Source of the DNA: Cenarchaeum sp.
GTDB lineage: Archaea > Thermoproteota > Nitrososphaeria > Nitrososphaerales > Nitrosopumilaceae
DNA: 64,000 nucleotides
Direction of reading: 5' to 3'
Assembly: GCA_963693095.2 (NCBI GenBank)
Contig: OY843768.1
Location: 1,472,001 to 1,536,000 of the forward strand
Shown here: one piece after another, positions 47,884-57,694 of the stretch
Position numbering within the stretch: the stretch's first letter is position 1
How the letters are laid out: each line of letters starts with the position of its first letter
Notes under the pieces: generated by a model
The model's database searches: none
What the model was told of the DNA's origin: nothing
The model's input: only the letters and a program-made list of their open reading frames with translations
Made by a program: the position numbers and the translations under genes

Positions 47884-48375
47884 CTATGGGCGGGCACGGA
47901 GCGACTCGTCGGCCATGGCGCCTGATGCGCGCAGCGCGTCCTCGAGGCGTTGCGTGTCAGGAGCCACCTCGCCGGACTCGACTAGCCTTGCGATGACGAT
48001 CGACTCGGCAATGTACGAGTCTAGCGCGCGCAGCGACTCGACTGCTGCGCCATAGCTGAGATGCCACTCCTCTGGAGGATCGGCGCGCAGGAGGCCGGCG
48101 ACTTGGGACTTTGCGATGACAGCAGACTCGCGCGCATGCTCGGCATACTCGTCGACTCCGATCGTGCCGGCCATGACATCATCTAGGAGCTCCGAGACGC
48201 CGGCGGCTAGCGCGACGCGGCGCTCGTCTATGCCGTCAAGGTTTTCGGCATGGTCGGATATGACGACGGTTCCGCCGGGGACTCCCTGCGGGACAAGCCA
48301 TATCGCAAAGGATGCTGCCGTCACGAGCACTAGCATTCCGGCCGTCACGGCAAGTCCCCTTTTTGAGGCCATCAT
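47884..48375 (-). CDS. Hypothetical membrane-anchored helical protein
   Basis: N-terminal TM segment (GLAVTAGMLVLVTAASFAIW) and PPEEW..SY. Confidence 0.7.
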   Translation of the reverse strand: MMASKRGLAVTAGMLVLVTAASFAIWLVPQGVPGGTVVISDHAENLDGIDERRVALAAGVSELLDDVMAGTIGVDEYAEHARESAVIAKSQVAGLLRADPPEEWHLSYGAAVESLRALDSYIAESIVIARLVESGEVAPDTQRLEDALRASGAMADESLRARP

Positions 48376-48515
48376 GGCCGGTTCGGGGGCCGAAGCTTAT
48401 AACTGATCGCCGGGACAGGCCAGATTCGAGCCCATGCGCGATCACGCCTCTAGCGCATAGTTAAATAATCTTAACTCTTTCTTTCTAAATATCACCGTGC
48501 GGGCGTTTTGCTGCA

Positions 48516-48662
48516 ATGGCACAGGCATACTGCGTAAAGTGCAGGGAGAAGCGGGAGATAAAGAACCCCAAGGAGACCAAGCTAAAGAACGGAAGGCCGG
48601 CAGTCAAGGGCACGTGCCCGACTTGCGGAACCAACGTCTTTCGCATAGGCAAGCCCGAGTGA
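48516..48662 (+). CDS. Zn-ribbon microprotein (DUF5679-like, 48 aa)
   Basis: Below the track cutoff. MAQAYCVKCREKREIKNPKETKLKNGRPAVKGTCPTCGTNVFRIGKPE; AT-rich promoter upstream. Confidence 0.85.
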   Translation: MAQAYCVKCREKREIKNPKETKLKNGRPAVKGTCPTCGTNVFRIGKPE

Positions 48663-48725
48663 GACGCCCAATACGCTCGCGCAAGGCACAATCCAATTAT
48701 AGGGAGTCCTGCGCACGCGCCGCTG

Positions 48726-49148
48726 ATGGCAAGGGACGACTATGTTGCGCTGCTCGATCGCATACGCGACGGCCTCTCTGATGAGGCACGGCAGGAGGCC
48801 GCACGCCTCGAGCTGCCCCCCGTGGATGTCATGTGGGAGGGCCAAAAGACGTTCCTGCGCAACTTTGCCGATTTCCCCAAGGTCCTGAGGCGCGAGCCAG
48901 AAAAGATACTCCAGTACCTCGCAAAGGAGTTCGCCGTGCCGGCCGAGAGGATGGGCGAGAAGGCCATGTTCGTGGGCAAGCGCGACCCCGATGACTTTAC
49001 GCGCCTCTTCAAGATATACCTGCAAGAGTATGTGGTGTGCCCGACGTGCAGCAGCCCGGACACGCGCGTGACAAAGGAGAACAGGATATCGTTTCTCGTC
49101 TGCGAGGCATGCGGCGCAAAGTCCACGTTAAAGGGCAAGTACGCATGA
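48726..49148 (+). CDS. eif2b: Translation initiation factor aIF-2 beta
   Basis: DY..LLDR, NF....LRREP and EYVVCPTCSSPDT...CEACGA. Confidence 0.95.
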   Translation: MARDDYVALLDRIRDGLSDEARQEAARLELPPVDVMWEGQKTFLRNFADFPKVLRREPEKILQYLAKEFAVPAERMGEKAMFVGKRDPDDFTRLFKIYLQEYVVCPTCSSPDTRVTKENRISFLVCEACGAKSTLKGKYA

Positions 49149-49441
49149 GTGCCTTCTCCGTAAAGACCGGCGGGCACGAGGGAAACGCCATCCTCAACAT
49201 CTGTGATGATGACCTCCTCGGCAGGAGCATAACTGACGGGGCGCGAACCATAGAGATCGGCGGGTACTATCGTGACAGGCTCGTCGAGCGCGAGGAGGCC
49301 GCGAGGCTCCTCGTCGAGTCGCAGATAATCAACATGGTCGGCGAGCGGACCGTCAGGCTCGCCCTCGAGCTCGAGGTTGGCGCCGAGGACGGGATCAAGA
49401 GGATAGGCGGCGTGCCGTTTCTGCTCGTCTTCAAAATATGA
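49145..49441 (+). CDS. DUF424 family protein
   Basis: NICDDDLLG, YY, INMVGE and IGGVP motifs; typical position after aIF-2 beta. Confidence 0.85.
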   Translation: MSAFSVKTGGHEGNAILNICDDDLLGRSITDGARTIEIGGYYRDRLVEREEAARLLVESQIINMVGERTVRLALELEVGAEDGIKRIGGVPFLLVFKI

Positions 49442-49480
49442 GGCACACAGATATATACAAAATCCCCTGGGGCCGATCCC

Positions 49481-49792
49481 ATGGGAAAGCGAAAGGTTCT
49501 CAACGAGAGTGCGCTAAAAGAGGTCCGGCTTCCGCAGGAGGGCGAGCTCCTAGGACGCGTCATAAAGCTCCTTGGAAGTGACCAGGTTCTCGTAAAGTGC
49601 ATGGACGGCATAACGAGAAGGGGGCGCATACGCGGCAAGCTAAAGCGCCGCATATGGATACGCGACAATGACATTGTCATAATTGCGCCTTGGGATTTCA
49701 AGGCGGACGAGCGCGGGGACATTGTGTGGAGATTTACGCTGCCGCAGGTTGACGGCCTCAAGAACAGCGGCCACCTGCCAAGGGACTTTTGA
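49481..49792 (+). CDS. eif1a: Translation initiation factor aIF-1A
   Basis: RLP..GE.LG.V.KLLG, RIRGKLKRRIWI..DIVIIAPWDF and GDIVWR. Confidence 0.96.
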   Translation: MGKRKVLNESALKEVRLPQEGELLGRVIKLLGSDQVLVKCMDGITRRGRIRGKLKRRIWIRDNDIVIIAPWDFKADERGDIVWRFTLPQVDGLKNSGHLPRDF

Positions 49793-50571
49793 GTGACGTC
49801 GATGACACAACTGATGCGCTAGAGAGGCGCCTCGAGGGGATGCTCGCGCCGCGTCGGGCACTGCGCGGCGAGGGCGGCTTCAAGGGACGAAAGGTCATCG
49901 GCGAGGTCTTTGATCGCTCGACGGTCCATGCGATACACGCGATGATCCGCGAGGGCACACTCTTGCGCGTCAACGGCACGGTCAGTGCCGGAAAGGAGTC
50001 AGTGGTGTTCTGGGCCACCGGCGGTGACGGAGGCGACATTGCGCTAAAGGTCTACCTCGTGGCGACTGCGGGATTTCGCCAGCGCTCCGCCTACGTCGAC
50101 GGCGATCCGCGATTTAGGCGCGTGCGCGGCGGCACGCGCGCGATGGTCTATGCGTGGGCCCAAAAGGAGTTCAAGAACTTGTGTCGCGCGCGTGCGCGCG
50201 GAATTCGCGTTCCCTCCCCCATAGCGGTCAGCAAGAATGTCATGGCCATGGCATTTGTCGGCGAGGGCGGCGTGCCGGCTCGCACGCTCAACTCGGTTCG
50301 CGCGGGTCGTGCCGAGTACGAGGAGACAGTCAGGATCATCGAGTCGATGTGGCGCGATGCGGCCCTCGTCCATGGCGACCTCTCCGGATACAACCTCTTT
50401 GGCACGAGCGAGGGCGTCATCGTCTTTGACCTCGGCTCGGCAGTCGACACGCGCCATCCGCGCGCGCTCGAGTTCCTCAAAAGAGATATTAACAATGTCA
50501 CGAGCCTTTTTGTGAGGCACGGCCTAGAGGTCGAAAACCCCGCAGACGTGCTAGGAAGGATAACGCGATGA
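49789..50571 (+). CDS. rio1: RIO1 serine/threonine kinase
   Basis: SAGKESVVF, ALKVY, GDPRF, WAQKEFKNL, VHGDLS.YN and FDLG. Confidence 0.93.
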   Translation: MSDVDDTTDALERRLEGMLAPRRALRGEGGFKGRKVIGEVFDRSTVHAIHAMIREGTLLRVNGTVSAGKESVVFWATGGDGGDIALKVYLVATAGFRQRSAYVDGDPRFRRVRGGTRAMVYAWAQKEFKNLCRARARGIRVPSPIAVSKNVMAMAFVGEGGVPARTLNSVRAGRAEYEETVRIIESMWRDAALVHGDLSGYNLFGTSEGVIVFDLGSAVDTRHPRALEFLKRDINNVTSLFVRHGLEVENPADVLGRITR

Positions 50572-51131
50572 GCTTTGAGAGAAGAGTAAGGATACCAGCA
50601 GCGCGGATCGGCTCGCTAGTGGGCCGTTCAGGGAGCGCAAAGGCCAGCATCGAGAGCAGGTGCGGCGTGAGCGTTGAGATCGACGGCGACTCTGGCGAGG
50701 TCGTCATCCGCGGCGACCTGACTGACGAAAAGTCCGACCCCTTTGGCGCATCAGAGATCGTCACGGCCGTCGGGAGGGGCTTTTCGCCCGAGGCGGCCAT
50801 GCCCATAGCGAGCGGGCACTCCCTCCATGTCATGGACCTCAGGGACGTTGCGGGCAAGTCGCGCACACAGATTGAAAGGATTAAAGGCAGAATAATTGGC
50901 GAGCGCGGCAGGGCGCGCAGAAACATGGAGGAGCTCAGCGGAACGCGAATATCCGTATACGGCAGGACAGTCTCGGTCATCGGCCCTCCGGAGGGCATCA
51001 GGGAGGCAGTGGATGCGATCGGCGCGCTCTGCTCGGGCAGCATGCACGCCTCTGTCTACCGCCGCCTCGAGGCCTCGCGCAGGCGCCAGAAGGCCGAGAA
51101 GGCAATACTGTGGGAAGATCAGCATGTCTAG
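50568..51131 (+). CDS. KH-domain rRNA-processing protein (Dim2/Pno1)
   Basis: RIGSLVG, AVGRGFSPE, RIKGRIIG..G and H..VY. Confidence 0.93.
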   Translation: MSFERRVRIPAARIGSLVGRSGSAKASIESRCGVSVEIDGDSGEVVIRGDLTDEKSDPFGASEIVTAVGRGFSPEAAMPIASGHSLHVMDLRDVAGKSRTQIERIKGRIIGERGRARRNMEELSGTRISVYGRTVSVIGPPEGIREAVDAIGALCSGSMHASVYRRLEASRRRQKAEKAILWEDQHV

Positions 51132-52980
51132 CCCGTCTACCTCGTTCAACCAGATATCGCCAAGCGAGTTCTTTTACAGGAACCGTGACCTAGCCGGATT
51201 CAGCAACCCAACGCGCTCGCTCTACACGGCAGTCAGGGAGTTCGTCGAGAACTCCCTTGACGCGTGTGACCGCAGCGGGACTCTGCCAAATGTCCACCTC
51301 TCGATAAAGGCAGTCAACGCCGAGAGCGCAGACCCACGGCACTATACGCTCACAGTGACTGACAATGGGCCGGGAATCCCCTCAAAGCACGTGCCCCTCG
51401 CGTTTGGAACCGTCCTCTATGGCTCAAAGTTTGTCCTCCAGCAGACTCGCGGGATGTTTGGCCTCGGCGCGACAATGGCAATACTGTACGGCCAGATAAC
51501 GACAAACAGCGCCGTGCGCGTAAAGAGCTCGACAGACGGAGAGACGCGCGACGAGTACGAGATGCTCCTCGACATACAAAAGAACAAGCCCGTCATACAA
51601 AAGCACGTAAAGGTGCCGACAAAGGCAAGGGGCCTGAGTGTGAGCATTCGCCTCGAGGGCGATTACACAAAGGCTGGCGCCAAGATACGCGACTATGTCC
51701 ACAAGACTGCCCTCATCACGCCTTATGCGACGCTGACGTTTGATGACCCAAAGGGCAAGAGGTACTCGTACCCGCGAATAATAAAGTCAATGCCGCTCCC
51801 TCCGACGATCATCATGCCGCACCCCTATGGCGTGGATGTGGAGACTATACGGCGCATGGTCGTCGAGAGCATGGTCGGCATCCCCACGATGGACGAGAAG
51901 ATGATGGCCCGGCTGCGCCGCGAGCTAAAGGTAAAGACGCTGACGCGTGATGCGGTCCTCAAGGCGGCCAAGCGCAGGTGGAAGGACATTACGCGCAACA
52001 CGAGGATCGCAGTTGCGCTAGTGGCGATCCTCGAGATCGAGCCTGCCCGCCTAGACAGGATACGCGTCGAGGACATCAACATCGCGCGCGGCGAGATCAC
52101 GTACTGGGACTTTACGGCATCAAAGTCAGTCAGCGTGAGGCTAGACCCCGAGGGCGACTATTACTCGCAACTGACGCACATGGTCCAGGGCGAGACGCTA
52201 GTCTCGATGCTCACAAAGAGGTTCCAGCGCGTGGGGCGCAAGACGGCAGAAAAGTTTGCCGCGTTTGCCGGATTCAAGCCAGAGTCCCGCCTCGGAAACA
52301 TGTCCAACACGGACCTCGTAAAGCTTAGCGACGCGCTCCAAAAGTTCACCGAGTTCAAGCCTCCGGATCCCCAGTGCCTCGCTCCGCTCGGCGACGTTCC
52401 CCTCGAGCGCGGCATAAGGCGGTCGCTAAACCCCGACTTTTGCGCCGTCGTCCAGAGGCCAGCCTCGGCGTACTCGGGGTTTCCCTTTGTCATCGAGCTT
52501 GGGGTCGCGTACGGCGGCGACGTGCCAACTGACGGGCCAAAGGTCTATAGGTACGCCAACCGCATACCGCTCCTATATGACGAGGGCAGCGACGTTGTCC
52601 TAAAGGTCATCGGGGACATTGACTGGCCACGCTACAAGATAAAGGGGGATCCCCCGCTCGTCATAGTCTCGCACATATGCTCAACGCGCATACCCTACAA
52701 GACTGTCGGAAAGGAGAATGTCGCCGACCGCGCCGAGATAGAGCGCGAGCTTCGACTCGCGCTCCAGTATCTTTTGCGCAAGCTTGCGACATACATGTCA
52801 AAGAAGGGACAGGCCGAGAATGCGCGCAGGCGAGCAGACCTCTACACAAAGTACATTCCGCTCGTCGCGCAGTTTTGCACCGAGCTGGCCGGAAAAAAGA
52901 AAAAGCCCGCATACGAGCAGATGCTAAAGGAGACGCGCGCAGGCCTCGATGAGCAGGGCGGGCCTGCCCCACCTGCCTAG
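51124..52980 (+). CDS. top6B: DNA topoisomerase VI subunit B
   Basis: ISPSEFF, EFVENSLDA, DNGPGI, GSKF..QTRG.FGLG, PHP and RYANRIPLLYD. Confidence 0.96.
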   Translation: MSSPSTSFNQISPSEFFYRNRDLAGFSNPTRSLYTAVREFVENSLDACDRSGTLPNVHLSIKAVNAESADPRHYTLTVTDNGPGIPSKHVPLAFGTVLYGSKFVLQQTRGMFGLGATMAILYGQITTNSAVRVKSSTDGETRDEYEMLLDIQKNKPVIQKHVKVPTKARGLSVSIRLEGDYTKAGAKIRDYVHKTALITPYATLTFDDPKGKRYSYPRIIKSMPLPPTIIMPHPYGVDVETIRRMVVESMVGIPTMDEKMMARLRRELKVKTLTRDAVLKAAKRRWKDITRNTRIAVALVAILEIEPARLDRIRVEDINIARGEITYWDFTASKSVSVRLDPEGDYYSQLTHMVQGETLVSMLTKRFQRVGRKTAEKFAAFAGFKPESRLGNMSNTDLVKLSDALQKFTEFKPPDPQCLAPLGDVPLERGIRRSLNPDFCAVVQRPASAYSGFPFVIELGVAYGGDVPTDGPKVYRYANRIPLLYDEGSDVVLKVIGDIDWPRYKIKGDPPLVIVSHICSTRIPYKTVGKENVADRAEIERELRLALQYLLRKLATYMSKKGQAENARRRADLYTKYIPLVAQFCTELAGKKKKPAYEQMLKETRAGLDEQGGPAPPA

Positions 52981-54056
52981 CCCATGAGATCCCTTATTGC
53001 GAGAAGTAGCCTCGAGTTTGCCTCGTGCGTGCCTATCGTCGCGCGCATGCACCCCGTGCGCCCGCCGACCTTGCCGATCATGCGAACCGATATTCCCTGC
53101 TCGGCGAGTGCGGTGTGAACCTGCCTGTGCGCTCTGCCCGCATCAAAGAGGACAAAGTTTGCCTGCGAGTCAAACGCGTCGATCGCATCATGCGAGGAGA
53201 GGGCGCGCGTCACGCGATCCCTCTCAGATATGGTCACCTTCACGGCATCCCTCATGGCCGCTAGGCTCCCGCCATCGAGTGATGCTATCGCCGCCTCTAT
53301 TGAGACTGATGAGACGGGGTAGGGGTACTGGAGTGTTGAGCCAAATGGGCCGGCTATCTCGCGCGGCGCGATCGCATAACCGACGCGCAGGCCCGCTAGG
53401 CCAAAGGACTTTGACATTGTTCTCACGACGATCAGGTTCTCCTGCGAGCGGGCCATGGTCGCAAGCGAATAGCGCGCAAACTCGGCGTATGCCTCATCAA
53501 CGATAACTAGGCCGTCAAATGACCTGACAAGCCGGCGCAGCCGGCGCTCGGGAAACTGGAATCCCGTGGGATTGTTTGGCGAGTCGAGGTATATCGCATC
53601 GGCCTTGTGCGCGGCCTCCTCGATGGCGTCCATGTCGACAGTCATGTCGTGCCCAAAGGGGACGCGGTCCATGCGCATGCCGTGGAGGGCGCAGCGAGCC
53701 TCAAAGAAGGAGAACGTCGGCTCTGTGACGAGTATTCTCGAGCGGCGCGCGAGGAGGTGGGAGACGGCGAGGTCGAGTATCTGATCAGAGCCGTTTCCGA
53801 CGATAATGTTCTCGGCAGGCACGCCGACGTGGCCGGCGAGGGCGGCGGCGAGGCGCGCAGCACCGCCGTCCGGATACTCTCGCACGTCAGTCGCGCGGCG
53901 CGCAACTCCGAGTGCGGCCTGCGGGACTGCCTTTGGGATGACGAGGTTCTCGTTTGTGTCAAGCCTTGCAGTCGTTCCCTGCGGGCGGCTCGCCGGCGTG
54001 TACGAGCCGGTCTGGCGTATTGCGTCGATGCGCTTGGCGAGTGCGGCGCGGCTCAG
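52977..54056 (-). CDS. hisC: Histidinol-phosphate aminotransferase
   Basis: GNGSD, PNNPTG, DEAY.EF and RTMSKSFGLAGLRVGY. The frame stays open upstream of the track start through RLDTNEN to a CTG overlapping the hisD stop. Confidence 0.93.
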   Translation of the reverse strand: MSRAALAKRIDAIRQTGSYTPASRPQGTTARLDTNENLVIPKAVPQAALGVARRATDVREYPDGGAARLAAALAGHVGVPAENIIVGNGSDQILDLAVSHLLARRSRILVTEPTFSFFEARCALHGMRMDRVPFGHDMTVDMDAIEEAAHKADAIYLDSPNNPTGFQFPERRLRRLVRSFDGLVIVDEAYAEFARYSLATMARSQENLIVVRTMSKSFGLAGLRVGYAIAPREIAGPFGSTLQYPYPVSSVSIEAAIASLDGGSLAAMRDAVKVTISERDRVTRALSSHDAIDAFDSQANFVLFDAGRAHRQVHTALAEQGISVRMIGKVGGRTGCMRATIGTHEANSRLLLAIRDLMG

Positions 54057-55336
54057 CGCAGGCGCCCCCTGACTGCCGCAGAGTGTGCCGGGAGACCCTC
54101 GGCTGCGGCTAGCACGTCAATGTGCGGCATTATCTCGCGCAGCGCGGCGCGCGAGGCGCGCGCAGACACACGCAGCTTTACAAAGTCGATCACCGAGAGC
54201 GGGCCGCGCGCGCGGCCGCCACGGCCGGTGGGGAGTATGTGGTTTGAACCGAGCGCATAGTCGCTTGCCGCCGATGGCGTGTCACCGAGGAGAACCATGC
54301 CAGCCGAGCGCACGCTAGTCGCATCGCGCGCAGCCGAGCGCGTCATGACCTGCACGTGCTCGGGAGCCATGAGATCCGCGAGGCGCAGCGCATCGGCGCG
54401 TGACTTGCAGACTGCGATAAACGCGTTCTTTGAGAGGCTTGCCCTGATGATCGTCGAGCGGGCCGACGAGGCGACGGTGTTGGCTAGGAGTTCTGCGACT
54501 TGGCGCGCGAGGCGTTCAGAGTCAGTTGCCAAAAAGCAGCGCGCATCGCCGCTGTGCTCGGCCTGTGAGACGAGGTCGAGCGCTATGTGGCGTGGGGAGG
54601 CCGACGAGTCAGCAACGATGCCAAGCTCTGTCGGGCCGGCAGTCATGTCTATTGCAGTTGTGCCCGAGACGAGCGACTTTGCCGCAGCGACGTATGGGCC
54701 GCCGGGACCGACAATCTTGTCGACTGGCCGGATCGTGCGCGTGCCGTGGGCCATGGCCGCTATCGCCTGCGCGCCGCCCATGCGATAGATCTCCGTGGCC
54801 CCACAGATGTCGGCGGCCACAAGCGTGAGCGCGTCGATCTCGCCGTCACGGGCCGGCGGCGAGGCCACTGCTATGCGGGGCACGCCGGCGACGCGAGCGG
54901 GGACTATGGACATTATGGCCGAGCTCGGGTAGCGGGCAGCACCGCCGGGCACATAGCATCCGACGCTCTGGAGTGGAACAAACTCGCGCCGGACGTGCGC
55001 GCCGGCCGTGCTCGTCGTGCCTGCGCGCAGGAGCCTCCTTGTTGCCGCCTCGGCGGCACCTAGGCGCGAGGCCACGGCGCGGATTGCCGCAATCTCGCGT
55101 CTAGACACGCGCGCGTGCGCGGCTCGAACCTGCGCGCGCGTGACCTTGAGGGCAGTTGGCCGCGCGGCCCCAAACTTGCGCTCATAGCGCATGATGGCCG
55201 CATCGCCCCCACGTGCCACGCCGGCCACTATGGACGAGACATCATGCTCGAGGCGCGCGCTGCGCGGCGTAGGCCATGCGCGTGCCGCAAAGCGCCCAAC
55301 ATCAGGGACGGCGCGCACGGCCACTGGCGGGCGCAT
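54053..55336 (-). CDS. hisD: Histidinol dehydrogenase
   Basis: GCYVPGG, GGAQAIAA, GPG, IDMTAGPTE, SQAEH, APEH, DYALGSNHILPT and EGLPAH. Confidence 0.96.
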   Translation of the reverse strand: MRPPVAVRAVPDVGRFAARAWPTPRSARLEHDVSSIVAGVARGGDAAIMRYERKFGAARPTALKVTRAQVRAAHARVSRREIAAIRAVASRLGAAEAATRRLLRAGTTSTAGAHVRREFVPLQSVGCYVPGGAARYPSSAIMSIVPARVAGVPRIAVASPPARDGEIDALTLVAADICGATEIYRMGGAQAIAAMAHGTRTIRPVDKIVGPGGPYVAAAKSLVSGTTAIDMTAGPTELGIVADSSASPRHIALDLVSQAEHSGDARCFLATDSERLARQVAELLANTVASSARSTIIRASLSKNAFIAVCKSRADALRLADLMAPEHVQVMTRSAARDATSVRSAGMVLLGDTPSAASDYALGSNHILPTGRGGRARGPLSVIDFVKLRVSARASRAALREIMPHIDVLAAAEGLPAHSAAVRGRLR

Positions 55337-55339
55337 GTG

Positions 55340-56365
55340 CTATCGCCCCTTTTTTGCGCGTCGGCCGGCACGTGGGCGCCGGCGGGCAGGCTCGTGGTCA
55401 GTCTCGGCGCGGCTAATCTCCTCGAGCTCGAGTATCTGGCGCGGCTCGTGGACGACAAGACCCTGCGCGAGACGGCGAACCTTTGGGATTAGCGCGTGGT
55501 ACTCGGATTTTTTGACGACGGTATTGACGCCATACCAGCCATCCTCGCCGAGCGGGCTGATGGTCGGGCGTTTTAGTGACGGAATCGCCGCAAGGAGCCT
55601 GGCCAGGTTGCGCTTTTCGACGTTTAGGTACACGTGAAGGTACTTTTTGCCGTGAACCGCACCGCGCAGCATGGTCACAATGTCAAATATCTTTTCGCGC
55701 TTTTTTGCATCGCGCATCGAGTCGCGGTTTGCTATGAGGTGCGCCGTGGACACCAGGACGTCATCGCCTATCTTTAGCTTGTTCTGCGTCAGCGTCGTGC
55801 CCGTCTCGGTGACATCAAGTATCGCATCAACGTCCTCAGGCGGCTTTGCCTCAGTTGCCCCAAACGACAGGTGTATCTGGACGGCCTTGTTGGTGCCAGT
55901 TCGCAGCCACGGCGTGACTATTAGGGGCTCGCGCGAGCCAAAGCGCCTCTTGTATGATGCGCACGACTTTACAAACCGCGCCGTGGTTGTGAGATACTCA
56001 GTCGATATGCGCAGCGTGCGCCCCTTTTTTGCATAGTTGGCAATCATCGAGTCAAGTCCGGCGTACCGCGAATTTGGGAACGCAGTGACTAGGCGAACGC
56101 GCCCGTACTCTAGGTCAAGGAGCTCCTCGACGTCGGCTCGCGCCTCACCGACCCAGTCGTTGCCCGTGATTCCAACGTCATAGAGGCCCTCGGCCACGAG
56201 TGTGGGGATCTCTTGCGGGCGCAGCATCTTTACTGTTATCTGCGGGTCATCAAGGTATACCCTGTACGTGCGGTCCTTGCGCCTCACGCAGGTCCACGCG
56301 CGCTCGAGGAGGCGAAACGTCGAGTCCTCTAGGCTCCCCTTTGGTATGGCAAGTCTTACGGCCAT
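55340..56365 (-). CDS. hisG: ATP phosphoribosyltransferase (long form)
   Basis: AIPKGSL, RPQEIP, DVGITG.D, GATE, DVTETGTTL and PTISPL. Confidence 0.96.
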   Translation of the reverse strand: MAVRLAIPKGSLEDSTFRLLERAWTCVRRKDRTYRVYLDDPQITVKMLRPQEIPTLVAEGLYDVGITGNDWVGEARADVEELLDLEYGRVRLVTAFPNSRYAGLDSMIANYAKKGRTLRISTEYLTTTARFVKSCASYKRRFGSREPLIVTPWLRTGTNKAVQIHLSFGATEAKPPEDVDAILDVTETGTTLTQNKLKIGDDVLVSTAHLIANRDSMRDAKKREKIFDIVTMLRGAVHGKKYLHVYLNVEKRNLARLLAAIPSLKRPTISPLGEDGWYGVNTVVKKSEYHALIPKVRRLAQGLVVHEPRQILELEEISRAETDHEPARRRPRAGRRAKKGR

Positions 56366-56424
56366 CGGCGCCACGGCGATGCGGGCAGCTATATATCTAG
56401 TGCACAGGCTCAACGTTGTGCGCG

Positions 56425-57693
56425 CTAGGCTCCGGCACTGCGGGCAGTGCCGAGTATCTCCCTGGCGCGACCCTCCGATATGTCGCCCTCCTCGACCATC
56501 TGTTTGGCAATGGCCGCGGCGCGATCGGGCCGTGCGCCGGCCGCAATGGCAAGATTTCTCGCATGGAGGCGCATGTGGCCTGCCTGTATTCCCGTAGTCA
56601 CTAGCGCGCGCATTGCCGAATAGTTCTGCGCGAGGCCCGCGGCGGCCATGATGCACGCAAGGTCACCTGAGGAGGAGACATGCATGATCTTTGCGCAAAC
56701 GCGCGCAGTCGCATGAATCCCCGATATGCCGCCGACTATTCCGACTGCGAGTGGGATCTCGAGGCGTCCGGCGAGGTTCCCGTCATCATCAACTGACCAC
56801 TCGCTCAGTGACGAGTACGTGCCGCCGCGTGCTGCGTGCGCATGGGCCGCGGCCTCGATCGCGCGCACGTCCTGGCCCACTGCCGAGGCGACTGCCACAA
56901 TGCCGTTCATGATCCCCTTGTTGTGCGTTACTGCGCGATACATGTCGTGCTTTGCGAGCTGGTAGGCAAGTATCATGTCATTTACCGTGCCACTGCCCCC
57001 AACCTCGGACTTTTCAAACACGGCAGACACGCTCACCGTGCGCCGTGCCGAATAGTTTGAGAGGATTCGCATTAACGCACGACCCCGCGTTGCGTCCTCG
57101 ATCACCGGTGCGGCGGCCTCGCACATTGAGTTTGTCGCATTGGCGCCCATTGCGTCACCGACATCGACGTCAATCTCGACGACTAGCTGTTCAGGGCCGT
57201 CGGTCTTGACGCGCCTGCACGAGACGGACTTTGCGCCGTGGCCAAGTCGCGGAAGCGTGCGGCTCGCCGAGTTTGCCGCATCGAGGATTGCCTCGGCGGC
57301 ATCGGCGACCCTCGCCTCGGCATCACTCGCATAGTCGCCAGTCACCTGGATCTGCCCGATCATGTGGGCGTCGCCGGCATTCGCGCTAAACCCGCCTGTT
57401 GCGCGCGCAGCCTTTGCGCCGCGCGAGGCCGCCGCGACAACAGAGGACTCTTCGGTGGCCATTGGGACGATCACGTCGCGCGAGTTGACCACAAAGTTCG
57501 TCGCCATGCCAAGCGGAACCCCAAACGTGCCGACGGCATTCTCGACCATCGAGTCGGCCTCGCCAAACGCAATCCCGCCGGCGCCTGACAGGACCGCAAT
57601 GTCCGCATCATCGAGTGAGGCGGCCTCGCGGAGCGCTGCGAGGCGCTCGTCGCGATCCCTCCTAAAGAATCCCGGCAGTGACGAGCCGGCCAT
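56425..57693 (-). CDS. hmgA: Hydroxymethylglutaryl-CoA reductase (class II)
   Basis: ENAVG, PMATEE.SVVAA, DAMGAN, RAVTHNKGIMNG, QD.RAIEA and GIQAGHMRLH. Confidence 0.95.
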   Translation of the reverse strand: MAGSSLPGFFRRDRDERLAALREAASLDDADIAVLSGAGGIAFGEADSMVENAVGTFGVPLGMATNFVVNSRDVIVPMATEESSVVAAASRGAKAARATGGFSANAGDAHMIGQIQVTGDYASDAEARVADAAEAILDAANSASRTLPRLGHGAKSVSCRRVKTDGPEQLVVEIDVDVGDAMGANATNSMCEAAAPVIEDATRGRALMRILSNYSARRTVSVSAVFEKSEVGGSGTVNDMILAYQLAKHDMYRAVTHNKGIMNGIVAVASAVGQDVRAIEAAAHAHAARGGTYSSLSEWSVDDDGNLAGRLEIPLAVGIVGGISGIHATARVCAKIMHVSSSGDLACIMAAAGLAQNYSAMRALVTTGIQAGHMRLHARNLAIAAGARPDRAAAIAKQMVEEGDISEGRAREILGTARSAGA

Positions 57694-57694
57694 G

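Noticed and set aside
47881-47891. GCCCTATGGGC resembling the island 18-mer
   Set aside because: Mostly within the last codons of a host-like gene and lacks the CACCAGA half; probably chance.
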